Positions 48,896 through 61,579 of a stretch of 64,000 nt of DNA are shown here, piece after piece; the stretch's first letter is position 1, and the number at the start of each line of letters is the position of its first letter. The position numbers and the translations under genes are program-made. Source of the DNA: Leptogorgia sarmentosa (lineage: Eukaryota); contig OZ210885.1 in NCBI GenBank assembly GCA_964658305.1, forward strand, positions 19,220,001 to 19,284,000, given 5' to 3'. The notes below the pieces were generated by a model. The model had not been told where the DNA came from, searched no databases, and worked only from the letters and a program-made list of their open reading frames with translations.

Positions 48896-50709
48896 ATGGC
48901 GGAGCAGGATGATGATGTACAATTTCCTCGAGAACTTCAAGACGAGCCGGGGGAAGCCCAACCAGCAGCTGAACCTCCACAAGTTGGTGAACCCCAGCCT
49001 CCGAATCCAATCAATCCTGAAGCACCAGCGACTCTTGAGGTACTGTTGTCTTATTAGACTTCTTTAATACACAGTCTGGACAGTGTTGTGCCTGTGTTTG
49101 TTAATTCCCTGTTAAGCATGCTGTGTGATGGCCTTCAGCCGGCATTTTGTTCGCCGGCCCAAGGGCTTTCGACTATCCCTTGCACTCGGCTTTCACACAT
49201 TTACTGCTTTCGATTGTGTGGTTACAACGTCGAGGTGTATTATCTTTATATCTTTGTCGGATTTTTGGTTCTGTGTATTTTCTTTCTCCTGTAGTTATGT
49301 ATATCTTGTTATTCCTAGTTTATTTATTGTGCTTATCCTTTGTTCTTGGTTTGGCGCGATCGCCTGTGACGCCACGTGGGCTGCACGGTTTTCTTGCGTC
49401 TTTTGTTGGCAGTTAATTACTTACCACCGCCAACGTTTCCGCTTTTTGATTTTCGGTCACGGTGCCACACCTTGGTGACTGAATTTGCCTTGGTGGCATG
49501 TGCCGTTCTCTGTGAGCGACGTGTCCTTTGTGGCGTGCTGTCGTTCTGTGTGAACGAAGTTGCCTTCGTGGCGTGTTGTCGTTCTTTGTGAACGAAGTTG
49601 CCTGTCTGGCGTGGTGTCGTTCTGTGAACGAAGTTGCCTTTGTGGCGTGTTGACGTTCTTTGTGAACGAAGTTGCCTTTGTGGCGTGTTGTCGTTCTTTG
49701 TGAATGAAGTTGCCTTTGTGGCGTGTTGTCGTTCTTTGTTAATGAAGTTGCCTCTGTGTGAACGAAGTTGCCTTTGTGAATGAGGTCTCATTCTGGAACC
49801 TACGTGTGGGTATTTTCCCTATGTGGCTGATTTGCCTATATTTGAGGCATTTGCTGTACGTATCGAGGTTCTAGTATCAAGTTAGTCTGGTTGCCTCAAT
49901 CGTTTGTCTCGGACATTTTGTGATCGTTTAGTGTCTGGTTTAGGCCTTGTTCATTCGCTGATTCTGTCGGGTTGGTTTTATTTGTCTGCATGTGTTCACA
50001 ACCCATCTCGGAGTAATAGTTCTGCTGGCTTTGTTCTCCAGACCCGAATGTAATTAATTAGTTTCGCCTTGTCGGCCGTTATGTCGTATTGTATTATGCC
50101 ATGGGTTATTGTTTGCATGATTGTGATTTGTTTGGTTTTGGTTACGTTTAGGACTTGAGGCAGCAAGTCGCGACTCTTCAAAAATTGGTTGACACCATGT
50201 CTCAACCATTTGTGGAGAACCTTCAAAGGAAATTAGTCGCCTTGGCTTCACGTCCCGTAGTGGAATTTAATAAACACGATGCGTTAGAACTCTTGGATTC
50301 GCTGCGAGAAACTGCTCGGGAGGCAAAACATGCCAAGAGTCAATACTATCGAGCGGCCTATTTAACCCTGCGTGATAAGATGGGGGAACCTACGGCATAT
50401 TTTCGCGAGTTGCTTCTGGCACTGATTGGCGACAAGGATCAAGAGAAAGTACTTGACCGCATGAGTCGAGTGGATAAGCGGTATTCGAGGAAAGCACAGG
50501 AGGAATTTCCGTTGCCTGTTAAGAAATCGAGAGGCCCTTTCCCTGCGGGCACTCCCATGGCGCGTCAGATTTGCTATTACTGTCGCTTGCCTGGCCATTT
50601 TCAAGCGCAGTGCTTCAAACGAAGACGAGATCAGCGCCTGGATCGCCAGCCTGACGCTGATGTGGCATCCCCTTCGGGTCCGTCAACGAGCTCGAGCACA
50701 TCGACCTAG
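48896..50709 (+). CDS. Gag-like protein with CCHC knuckle; predicted exons 48896-49039 and 50152-50709
   Basis: GAG|GTACTG donor and TTTAG|GAC acceptor give a phase-0 join APATLE/DLRQQV. Zinc knuckle CYYCRLPGHFQAQC. Confidence 0.72.
49490..49780. repeat. About 39-bp tandem repeat (GTGAACGAAGTTGCCTTTGTGGCGTGTTGTCGTTCTT..) in the predicted gag intron
   Basis: About 6-7 imperfect copies, read directly. Confidence 0.9.
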
Positions 50710-51022
50710 TTTGTTATCGAATTGATAAGATTACGCATTGAAGTAAATCTGTCTGCCGTATTGCTTGTTTGTTTATGTTTGTTTTGTATCAATAAATACT
50801 TTGTTTCCACATTGTTTATTGTCTGTTTGTTTACTCCTGCTGTTAGTCCTTATATTTGGGGGGTAGGGTTCGCATTTGTACCGAAGTTGGTACCAGGATC
50901 ATAGGGGGTTGAGGATTTTGAAAAGGAGTCCCTAAAATAACTCTCTTGGCAAGGCCGGGTCAAAATTGTCATCCCTCTGCTGGCTCGCGGGGTTCCTAAT
51001 ACAGCGTGTTTTCCGTTAGGGC

Positions 51023-52645
51023 TTGCATTCTCTTCCTTGGTCTTGGGAATTTGATCCGTTGTTTGATACCGAGATCCTCGCAGCGTCACATATAGCCACG
51101 ACGGAGCATTCGACTGCCTGGGTGGATTTTGAAGGGAACCCCGTGGAGGCTAGTGGAGGGGTGACCCTCAGTGAGCGAGAATTATCCTCCATTGTTAATG
51201 GTCAGCGGTTAGGTGAGCCCCGTACGCTGATTCTTCGCGACCCGGCATCATTCTATGCGGGGGAATTACATGCTCAGGCGCCGTTTTGGGAACAGATCTT
51301 GGAGTCGTCCCCGACGGATACGCAGGCTGAGGTGTTGGATTGGATCTGCAATCAGGTGTCGGTGGCTCCTTTTTTCCAGCCGTACCGGGGTACGTTTAAG
51401 GGCGCAGCATACGATTCTCCCCGTCCTCCTGCCAGTCATTTCCCCAATAACACCTCCTGTCATCCCTTTGCCGCGTTTGTTCGTAAAACCTTGGTTGATC
51501 GGGTCCGCAATGGTGCTATTTCTTTACTTGGACGGCTTGATCAAGTACACCTGCCTCACTTGGTTCATCCATTGACAGTGGAACCGGGCAAACCTCGACT
51601 GTGTTACGATGCGCGGTTTCTCAATCTGTGGATTAAAGATAGTCCGTTTAAATTGGATCGATTAGTTGACATACCACGGTATGTTAGTCGCGGGTCTTAC
51701 CAGACAGTCATCGATGATAAGTCTGGTTATGACCATATCTTGCTGACTCAGGAGAGTCGTCCATTTTTTGGCATTCAATGGGGAGGATGGGTGTTTGATC
51801 ACAATTCTTTGCCATTTGGATGGAAGGCATCGCCATATGTCTATCACACCACTGGGTTAGCGGTCTCGAGTTACTTTCGTTCCATCAAGATCCCCTGTTC
51901 GTTGTACATCGATGATCGACATAATGGTGAGCTGTGTGTGCCGTTAAATGAGGGGGCATATGCTGCTTTACCGGACGGCACTGAACGTCATCTGGCGGCT
52001 GCAAATTCTGCCTTGTTTCTCGTCGTGTATACCCTCGTGCGCTTGGGCTATTTTCTTAATTTGTCTAAATCGGTCTTGATTCCCCGTGTGGTCGTTCCAT
52101 ATCTTGGTTTTTTAATTAATGCCGCCGATGAAGTTTTTGAAATGATTCCCCATAAGAAGACCAAGTTTTTATCACTGTTGGATGATATATTGAAAGAGCG
52201 AACCATTACTATAAAGACGTTACAGAAGTTAGTTGGCAAGTGTGTCTCGTTTTCTCTTGCGGTTCCTGCGGCCATCCTGTTCACTCGGGAGATGAATCTG
52301 GCGATCTCCGCCGCTCAGAGAACAGGTAGACTTATTTATCTACGGGGACCCTTGCGAGAGGAGATTTCCCATTGGTCTTTTGTCCGTACGTGGTCTCAGC
52401 CACTGCCATGGCGTGAGGAAAAGCACATCCGCGTCTCCATTTCGTCTGATGCATCTTCGTCGGGGTGGGGTGGTCATATCACGGCACCCATCCAGGCGAG
52501 TGTATTGGATTATTGGTCGCCTGACAAGCACGAATGGCACATCTCCGTGAAGGAAGCTGTGGCGTTAGAGCGAGTATTGCTGGCTTTTCGGGCGGTTCTT
52601 GAGAACGCTGTACGCGGTGTACAGAACTTTCCAAACAACATCTAA
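51023..52645 (+). CDS. DIRS-type reverse transcriptase / RNase H, C-terminally truncated near 52611
   Basis: KPRLCYDARFLN, DDKSGYDHI, LPFGWKASP, YIDD, YLGF, SDASSSGWG, HISVKE. Base composition turns AT-rich abruptly after about 52611. Confidence 0.92.
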   Translation: MHSLPWSWEFDPLFDTEILAASHIATTEHSTAWVDFEGNPVEASGGVTLSERELSSIVNGQRLGEPRTLILRDPASFYAGELHAQAPFWEQILESSPTDTQAEVLDWICNQVSVAPFFQPYRGTFKGAAYDSPRPPASHFPNNTSCHPFAAFVRKTLVDRVRNGAISLLGRLDQVHLPHLVHPLTVEPGKPRLCYDARFLNLWIKDSPFKLDRLVDIPRYVSRGSYQTVIDDKSGYDHILLTQESRPFFGIQWGGWVFDHNSLPFGWKASPYVYHTTGLAVSSYFRSIKIPCSLYIDDRHNGELCVPLNEGAYAALPDGTERHLAAANSALFLVVYTLVRLGYFLNLSKSVLIPRVVVPYLGFLINAADEVFEMIPHKKTKFLSLLDDILKERTITIKTLQKLVGKCVSFSLAVPAAILFTREMNLAISAAQRTGRLIYLRGPLREEISHWSFVRTWSQPLPWREEKHIRVSISSDASSSGWGGHITAPIQASVLDYWSPDKHEWHISVKEAVALERVLLAFRAVLENAVRGVQNFPNNI

Positions 52646-53415
52646 ACAAAATGAGAGGTATGTTTGTATATTTATTCTCAATCTACACATAATAACAGTA
52701 TTTTTCAGACCAAATTTAATGGAAATGTACTGTACTATTAATTACTAATTAGGTTAATCATGAACAAAATACTTTAATGAAAATTGAATTTAATACCTCC
52801 TCATTTGAATTTTCATTCTTAACGAGTGCCTTGTCTCGAGAAATGCACCCTTTGGTACATTTCTCTTTGAGAATTCAATGTCATCTTCAAGTTGCTCAAT
52901 TGCTATAATTTCCCTTGTTTGGAAATATTTTAGTCTTCCATTTTCATATGAGAAAGCGCATTTAATAGTAATTTGTAGGCATTGCAAAATACCTGAAACT
53001 ATAGTAGTGCAAACCCAAACTTAAACCAGTAAACAAGGTAATATCAATACTTAAGGTTTACTGAAATCATACTCGTACCAGTCTGAGTGCTCCAGGTTGA
53101 TAGATGTGCTTTTGGGCTTGACTACATCCAGAATCCACTTGGTACATAAATATTGGGATCACTGGTTCTTGGCTAAGCTTGACGAGCAATGGTGAAGCAG
53201 ATGTTCTGTAATCAACAGGTTTAAAATGTTAGATTAAGTGAACATTATGCCAATGAAAGAGTAAAACAGCACTCACTGCAGTATAGGTATATGACATTAA
53301 AAACACGTAAAACATTCACAAAATTAATAAACCAATGACAAACATAAATCACAGTGGAAATCATTTATTGTTATAATGATTATTATTATCTGTTGTCTGA
53401 ATATATATCTGTATA

Positions 53416-53581
53416 CTGGGTGTCTCAAAAAAAGTATCGGTGTTTGATTTGTTATACCAGTCAAACTGGGCAGGTAGTCTCTGTAAAATGTGCTTTATTC
53501 GATTCAGAAAGGCCTAACTTAAATTCCAACATATGACACGAGGATGTTCGAGCAATATTGAATGAGAATATTGCGATTTCA
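53416..53581. mobile_element. Left end of a Tc1/mariner-type MITE, abutting or interrupted by the ISL2EU element
   Basis: TA|CTGGGTGTCTCAAAAAAAG resembles the TIR at 56644. No right end was found. Confidence 0.45.
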
Positions 53582-54610
53582 ATACACCGATTCAGCAAAA
53601 AATTAATGCGGCATGGAAACGAGGCTTAATAGCCCTATTAATCCAAGATGGCAGCAGAAAATGATCTCGCAGAACAGGAATTCACAGTCGATTTAAATCC
53701 AGAAGACATCCTTGGCGCTTCTGTTAGCAGCAATGATATTGGAAAGTTAAACGTTAATCAGCTTAAATTCTGGCTTAAACGTCGTAGGATGAAATTGGGC
53801 TGGAATAAAATGCAGCTTTTGGAAAGGTAAGATACTGAGCACACAATTCATACGATTCAGCTGTTTTGGGCACAGTTGACAGTTTAATTTGTGTTCGCAA
53901 ATTTGAATATACATGGCTGATATTCGCTTTGAGGGTACGTAGTCTCAATGCTATGCCTGAAGTGAGAAACAAGGTATTTGATCCTGGTCCAAGCAAAGCC
54001 ATTCACTAAGGCAAAGCTAGGTAAACTGAGGGATAATGAAATAAGCTGTTCAAATGCTGAGGTGAAAAACGATTTCTCTACTGGTTTTAAAAGTTTTCCT
54101 TCTGATGACAGTGCTTTCAACAAAGACTTTTCTGTGTTATCTGTGTTCATACCCACATATATGCTAGATCATATTAAAAACTGTGGAAAGTCAACCAAGA
54201 AATTTGCTGATGATGATGCTGTTGCTGAGATGTCTAGTTCGAAAGGACTTTTAATGGTTTCGTTTGTCCATAATATGGAAGTTGGTAATGCTGTTGAAGC
54301 AAATGTTGTTTATCTTAGAGCTTTATGTTGGGCATCTTATAAAAAATGTGTCAAGTACAAAGTTCCAATGATTGTAAAACCTCAAGGAAGTCGAAAAATC
54401 TTGTCATCTGTGTGTGACAAAATTTGTCCTGCTGGGCGCAGTGGCTGTTGTTGTCATGTGATGGCAGTAATATGGAAGTTAGATGAAATGTCCAGAAACA
54501 ACATGTTGCAAAGGCCTGTTGAAAACAATCGTGCATGCACATCCAAACCCAGGAAGTGGGGTATCCCTGGTAAAAGAGAAGTAAATCATGAACCTGTGAT
54601 GTCTTCTAAG

Positions 54611-57600
54611 CAGTGGCGTCGCCAGGAATTTTCAACTGGGGAGGAGCACCAGCTAAAAGAGAATTTATGTGGGGGGGCACGCCAAAATTTGTGTTAGGCA
54701 GGCGGAAAACGAAATTATAGTAAAACGTTCTGCAGTATGCACGTCTTCACGACATGCACATTTCTAAAATTTTTATTTCCCAAACACACCAGTACGGACT
54801 CCCGAGTCCCACACGTAACAAAACTAAGTATATTTATAGTATTAATTAAATATTTACAAGTTACATATTTTAAAAAAATCTAAATTAACGCTATTTGCGC
54901 GTTTTTGTGACTGAGAGCGAACTTGTCCACGATCTTGTCCAAGTCCAGTGACATGGTGCGCTCATGGTTAATGGCAAGCACAGCTAGATCACTGGTTCTT
55001 CCTTCTCCACTTGAATTTCTCAAATAGTTTTTTTTGCATTTTCAAGCATGAAAAACTTCTTTCACACCCGGACAATGAAAAAGAAAGCGTAAGTGCAATG
55101 CAAACTAACTTATACAGTTCATAGAACGCTTCACGGTACGGTAATAGAAGTTGTGCCAATTCCGTAATAGAAGTAACGTTGATGCCACGTGCTTCTTTAA
55201 GTTCACACTTTCAGTTCACACCTGAGATCTTCATCCACACATCCATAATGGGTAGCTATCTCATGCAGAGCCTCATCATTCAAAAATAAGGTACTTTTTG
55301 GCGAGAGTGCCCCAACACCTGTCATGATGCCACAGGTAGCATTCGAGAATCTGGGGTGCAGTTCGCCAAGCAATGTATCAATCACAGCATTGTAGAAATG
55401 CACTCGGTATTCTTCCGATCCGGAAACTACATTTTGAACTCCCGTAGTGGTTGTGATGACACTATCTGCAAGGCGAGCTGGTACAGTCCGTTTTCTTGCA
55501 CTGCACTCAGGGGTCAACAATGTACTGTTCTCGTTGCATTTTTCCTCTATTTCGTCCCACAAGGTTTGCCAGACTTCAGGAGTTGATCACGCCTCTTCCA
55601 GGTCACTTATGACAGCCTTGACCAGATCGACCGCTGCTGCTAAATCAAGTTCTTTGGCCTGTAGCTGATCCGATAGTGTTTTCGTTTTGCGCAAGATATG
55701 CCTCAAAACCACAAGACCAACAAAATTACCACCCAAAACTCCCAGAAGACCCTTTGCTTTGACGGCTCTTTCCTTATCAGTTTCCTCTGACAATTCGTTT
55801 AAGGTTGAAATAACTGCAGGCAACGATTCATCCAACGCAACACATGATGCGTATTGACATGTCCATCGAGTATCGAAAGTCGCTTCGGTTCAATGGGTCG
55901 CTTATTTGGCGAAACCTCTTTTTGGTTCTTCAGGAAAACGATGTGCGTGTACGAGCCGGACAGGAAAACATATAACTTCTGAAGAACAGCCAAAAACTTG
56001 TACGTTCTGTTCACATTTTTCAGGCAGTCGACTGAAGTCAAATTCAGCCGGTGTGCAAAACAGTGAGTATACACCGCTTGTGGGACCTCGCTGCGAAATT
56101 TAGCCTGGACTCCTGCGTTAATACCTTTCATAACTGAAGAACGCACATGTTTATATCAATTTGACAATCACTGAGTGTTTTTTTAATGACATTAAAGATT
56201 GACTCAGCGTCTAAACCATCAGCTTCCTTGAAATGTAAAAACTCCTCGCGTATTTCGCCGTTTAGAAAATAACGCAGAACAATTGAAATCTGTTCTTTCT
56301 TGGAGATATCTTTCGTTTCATCGACTTGAATGGAAAAATAACCTGCCTGGCTGATGTCTTCTTGCTGAATGGTTGACATGGATGATCCGCTGTACTTTGA
56401 CTGATGTCAGAAGGTCCTTTCGCCTTTTGCAAAGTTAGTGCACCAGATTCAATTGGTACCCTTGGGAACTGAATTTCTGATTCCTGTAAGGATGGTGTTG
56501 CTAGACCTTCCCCTGATGCCTGACTTTTGTTTCCACTACAAATCTCGTCGTTTTTGCTTGCAACGTCACTTTCCCAAACCAATGGCGCAATTTCTGAGAT
56601 ATAAAATTATATTTTAGCAAAATTGATATTTCAGGTACCTATACAGGGTGTCTCAAAAAAAAGGTAATCGAACTTTGGCATGCCATTGTGCGTTAATTAC
56701 TGGGTGTACGAACGTGATTTTTGCATGGTCATAAAGATCAAGGTCTTAGCAGTTGAATGACATATTTCTTGTACGATATGGAAGAAAATCAGGCAAAATG
56801 CGAGCGTGTTGAAAAACGCATTCTTTCACCTCTGTGCCTAATTAAAGCAGTGCATAACAAAAGAAAAATGCAATTCATCACGAATGTGTCATGGTAACAA
56901 AGATTTTATCAGGATTATTAATAATTATGCATAATCAGGTCGATTGTTGAAGGGAAGGTCGTCATCTTCGAGTCCCAGAGGGAGTTAATTTTGAATAAGT
57001 TTAGCTGCAATTCTCAGAGGTGAAAGAATGCGTTTTTCACCGAGATTTTTCAACACGCTCGCATTTGCCTGATTTTCTTCCATATCGTACAAGAAATATG
57101 TCATTCAACTGGTAAGAGATTGATCTTTATGACCATGCAAAAATCACGTTCGTACACCCAGTAATTAGCGCACAATGGCATGTGTCATATTTCGAACTCA
57201 CGTTTTAACTGTTAACACAAGACACTTTAATGAACACATGTACAATCATTATATACAGACATGTAAATTAGCTATCTACATATATGGTATGTAGTATGAG
57301 ATCCTTCTATGTACATAGGTGTACCATGACAGCATGCCAAAGTTGGATTACCTTTTTTTTTGAGACACCCTGTAGTACTAATGTTGTTAACATTACTATT
57401 AGCCAGCGCGCAGAGATGTATTGTGACTTGAGATTGGCAAGTGTGTCTACAAATGACAAGTGTGTCTACAAATGACAAATGTGTATAGAAACATGTCAAT
57501 GTTCGACTGACATCCGTTCCTAACAGCGTTAAATATTACTATCACGTTACACTTACACACTCTAGTATCATTATACTAACTATTTGTCAGTTTGGAATAC

Positions 57601-58352
57601 TTGTTTAATGTATAATATAGTAGTGGACTAGAGGATGTATACAAGTCGCAAGTGAATGAAGTGATAATTTTATATGAGCATATCATATGCACATAGTTTT
57701 TGCATATGGCAATCATTGACGGTAATAATTTGGAATTAGCTTGCGCGCAGCGTGCACCGCACAACCACCACAAATTATTACCTTCGGTCTCGGTCATCGG
57801 TGCTGTAAAGTGAACGTACGAAATATACTATGAATGTTACATTCACAAATCATGCTATACCAAATCTATAGTCAAATACAGTGCGGGAATACTTTATGTT
57901 TGAGAAAAAGATACCTACTGTGCTACACCTACCTTCCTGTTCTTCAACGGGTTTAGCTTTCTTTGCGCCAGTACTAGTAGCTGTGTCTGGTGTGTCATCC
58001 GCGTCTTGGTCAGGATTACTGCTTCGTTCTATCAAGAATTTATCCATTCAGATATCGATATATGTAAGATAGACTCTGTTGACCTTATTCTTCTACAGCC
58101 GTTTCACGTTTCTAATACTAACAAATTCAAATCTTGTATATCATCCCTGACATGCCACATGTCTAATGTATCAAATTACTAGCGCAACTGATTTCTTGAA
58201 CTGATTTGCTGCAAATTGCGAATTTACTATTTCCCAATAATTCACATTTCATGGAAAAAATAACTATCTATTATAGTTACTCAATTTCCAGTGCTGCATT
58301 CTGAGGCCGTTCTTTTCAAAATTTAATTGGGGGGCACTGACCGACGCCACTG
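54611..58352 (-). mobile_element. hAT transposon (ZMYM1-like transposase pseudogene, about 58047-54885)
   Basis: TIR CAGTGGCGTCG / CGACGCCACTG. Perfect 8-bp TSD CTTCTAAG (54603-54610, 58353-58360). Motifs FSIQVDETKDISKKEQ, HCFAHRLNL, CERSFS. Confidence 0.95.
56644..57372. mobile_element. Tc1/mariner-type MITE inside the hAT element
   Basis: TA|CAGGGTGTCTCAAAAAAAAGGTAATC..GATTACCTTTTTTTTTGAGACACCCTG|TA. Long internal inverted arms (about 56680-56830 versus 57015-57180). Confidence 0.9.
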
Positions 58353-58930
58353 CTTCTAAGCTTGTCAAGCCAAGGCATCAGTTAGATCTGCCTACCAGAA
58401 AGAGAAGGGGTGTATTTCCCACCGATTTGATCCACTCCCAAGCAAATATACCAAATGCAACAGCAGTTATTCGTTGTGAACCGAACATGGTGTGACTTTG
58501 TGGTCAGGGGAAATAATGGAGAACTTTATTGCAAAAGGGTACCATATGACCCAGCCTGGTGGGTTGAGAAACTAGCTAATCTTGAATCATTCTACAATTC
58601 ATACATTTTGCCAGAATTGGCCTATCCCAGACTAAGGGATGGACTTGACCAATATGATTTTTCTAAATGACACTAAAAAGTCAGTTATAAATTATGTTTA
58701 AGCAAGCAGTTTTTGCATTCACATGTTGTGTTCATTGTTGTTATATATAGGATATAGTAGAAAATGAAACTGACATTGAAACAAAACTTCCATTTAATGT
58801 GAACATTTTTTAATTATACGTATATACTATAATTGATATTAATTGTACACTATGTTGACACAATAACATATTTTACTATGTTGACAGCTAAATTGGTTCA
58901 TGTTTGATTGTTACCACAGACATCTATTGT

Positions 58931-60283
58931 CTAGCATGTGAGAGCAGGTTTCTGCCAGTTTACTAGCAAACAACACACAGTCCAAATTTGATTAATTACA
59001 CCATTTAAGCTTAGGGGCATGACTTGGTCAAAAATGTGCCATCCCTTTACCCGCCTAATTGCACGTTCTATGTGTATCCTAACACTAGCAATTCTCATAG
59101 TCTCAAAACAGTGTTCTTTAGAAAACTGGTCATTAACAGACTGCCTCTTAGGTGGGATGAACAGCCTAACCTGTTTGGTTGCTAAAATATCTTGTATATC
59201 AAAGCCACGATCTGCCATTATTTGATCAGGGTGTTCCAACACTTAATTTCTGTGCAATCTATAATGCACCTTACATTTTCAAACTGCCCCTTATAGGCTT
59301 CAGGTAGGTGCAACTTAATTACTTCTCTTGAAGCCCACACTGGCAAGCTTCCAAGCATCACATACATGTAGTTAATCCAAGTTATCAGTATGTCTGATAC
59401 TGTTGACAGGGAAATATTGAACCTGAAAGCCATGTCATGCTCTAATAAACCAATCAATAAACCAATAAAACCTAAAGTCGAGTAAGGAAAAGCTAAAACT
59501 CATGTATAGGCTGAAGAGTGTGTTTTGCACCAACACTACTATTGGGAAACTTCATTTCAGTTAAATTGAGGTTGGGAAATAGATTATTAAAGTTAACATC
59601 TGTAGAATTGGTAATATAACTGTAGTATCTTAATCTGTAATTATTAGGTTCTATGTATTTCCAAAATTCTATAAGCGTCTCATAGTCAGGGAATCCTGTG
59701 TAAAAATGTATATCTTCACTGCTACCTGAGAATCTTTCCAAATCAAACTTATAAATATATTCTTTTTCCTTGACTTTAGCAAGTTCTTCTTTCAGCTGCT
59801 CAGCTTCTTCTCTCTTTTCATTGATAAATTCCTCGATTGTTGCGGGGCCAAAACATCTTTGCAGAATGATGTTGCAAGTGGTTGCTCGTCTTGCTCCTGT
59901 TGGGATTGTTGTTGAGATTCAGCAATCGTTTTGCTTCTCAATTCTAAACGTTCTCCTCTCCGGTTGCTAGTCACTGCAGCCCATTCAAATACTGAAGGTA
60001 TTGCTTCTCTCTTTAGATCACGTCTATGGCCTGTTAAACTCTGTTTGAAGTCTGATGGTAAAAAATGTGCAGAACAACAGAACTCATTCTTGATGTATTT
60101 GAAAGCACCGTCTCCCCTTTGCATTCTAACTTCCCATTTCTTTCTTAAATCATTACATTTAGGGAACTTATGAAAAGACAAATCAGGGAGATTGTTGCTT
60201 CAAAAATTACATTTTGCAGCTGCACAACATTTATGACCGATTTTCTTATTTGCAATTTTTCCTTCAGTTAGTTCTTCCACCAT
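58931..60283 (-). pseudogene. ISL2EU THAP plus IS5/HARBI1-like DDE transposase, disrupted
   Basis: CCAAAKC..FHKFP..W..CSAHF..AIPS; FYTGFP; CIIDCTEI; IMADRGF; RIHIERAIRRVK. The segment between the two Asp motifs is deleted. Confidence 0.88.
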
Positions 60284-60499
60284 CTTGATATATTGCCAGG
60301 GCGAGTGGGCTATTAAGCCTTGTTTCCGTGCCGCATTAATTTTTTGCTGAATTGGTGTATTCCAAACAGCAGTTTTGAAAATTATTCAAATAAATCGGCC
60401 TATCAAATTAACATATAATTAACTCATCTCTAATAATTATCAATAAAAAGTACCTATTATTGGTTCCCCATCGACCTCCGTTTGTTATAAACTGTTATA

Positions 60500-60880
60500 A
60501 AAAGTTGATGCTTAAGCAGTCTTTCTCCAATATCTTTGCTGCTGGCATGGCGATTTGAAAAGATGTTCAGGTTTCTGATGACAGAATTGAATGATTCAAA
60601 TCTAAAAAGCATTAAAAATATTTTCACTTGTCTTGAGTGCGATAAGCTGTTTGTTGTACACTTAATATACAATGTGCCTAATAGACCTGTCATGGACATA
60701 TTGTTTTTATATCACATTGTTCATTAACAAAGGCACAAGTGTTGGATGTGATTAACATATATTGCAGGCTAACTTGTATCCTTGTTTTAAAGGTAGAGAA
60801 TAAGTTTTCGTGACCAGGTATTTAATTGGACCAAGAAGAATAGTATTCAGAACCTCCACTGGTGTCTGCTTACAAAACAG
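60500..60880 (-). pseudogene. Fragments of a CACTA/Plavaka-like transposase
   Basis: DTPVEVLNTILLGPIKYLV (about 60870-60815) and, after a TTTTAG acceptor, FESFNSVIRNLNIFSNRHASSKDIG. Confidence 0.5.
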
Positions 60881-61335
60881 AAGTGAGCGCATTAATTATA
60901 GGTCTCGTAATTTTTAATTATTGCTGCCGAGCGCCAGCGAGCCAGCACACTATTCTTGACGTCACTGGACCCAGTCTTCCATGCCGAGCTATGTATTGTC
61001 AAAAAGTCGATCTTTTCTCGGTTCTCCATTTCCGGGATGACAGTGGACAGATGAATATGTGGGGGAGTGAATGTTCACATAAAATACCTAGTGCGCACGC
61101 AGGTTTCCTTCCATGTGCTAATGTTTTACAATTTACACAAACGATCGGAAATTTCAACGTAAAAATATGTCCCAATTACGTGAAAGGAATAACGGAGGAA
61201 CTGTAGTAGATAAAGCGTAATCTATGAGTTGTCCGTATCAATGCTGCCTCTAGACAACTTTTATAGCCAGAATTTCTGGTATTCCTTTCGTGTATTCTAT
61301 ATTGTACATTTTACATTGACTGTTAACGTTATATT

Positions 61336-61506
61336 TATACCAAGAAGAAAAGACCGCGGCTAAAATAAGTCGCGAACGTAATCTTTTATACGGTATTTCA
61401 CGAATCCTGGGCAAAAATTAGCCGCGGCTTATTCGCAAAGAAATTGTGTGTTTATTATACAGACGTTCGCGACTTATTTTAGCCGCGGCTTATTCTTCCT
61501 CGTATA
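61336..61506. mobile_element. Short palindromic MITE-like element
   Basis: About 45-bp imperfect inverted ends sharing CCGCGGCTAAAATAAGTCGCGAACGT. TATAC..GTATA termini. Confidence 0.7.
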
Positions 61507-61579
61507 TTGGCTCTATTGTCGCAACAACTAATTGAAATAGCTGTATCACATTTCACTTCTGTCATCGATCGTATGACTT

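Larger units (their letters stand above)
48682..52611 (+). mobile_element. 3'-truncated DIRS-order retroelement related to 42118-44763
   Basis: The 5' end TATTCTCAACACTCGTAATATATGCG resembles the repeat A start TATTCTCAATGCTCGTAATGATATGC. TATAAAA at 48785. Contains gag and RT/RNase H; the tyrosine recombinase is not present. Confidence 0.85.
53648..58670 (+). pseudogene. SAP-like / SWIM / YqaJ (lambda exonuclease-like) protein, split by the hAT insertion and partly deleted
   Basis: QLKFWLKRR..K..LLER exon; CPAGRSGCCCHVMAV; ACTSKPRKW. The frame continues across the TSD (EPVMSSK/LVKPRH). C-terminal YQMQQQL..WCDFVV..FY..ILPEL. Confidence 0.82.
53584..60358. mobile_element. ISL2EU-like transposon, both ends present, internally deleted
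   Basis: About 52-bp TIR ACACCGATTCAGCAAAAAATTAATGCGGC..GGCTTAATAGCCC. 2-bp TSD AT. Convergent THAP-DDE and SWIM/YqaJ genes. Confidence 0.9.

Noticed and set aside
49490..49780. 39-bp repeats as a CRISPR array or a coding repeat (ORF 49417-49791)
   Set aside because: The units are head-to-tail with no unique spacers. The antisense ORF simply reflects the repeat.
52612..53410. Tyrosine recombinase of the DIRS-like element
   Set aside because: The region is AT-rich with no long ORF or R-HxxR-Y motifs. The element is truncated before that gene.
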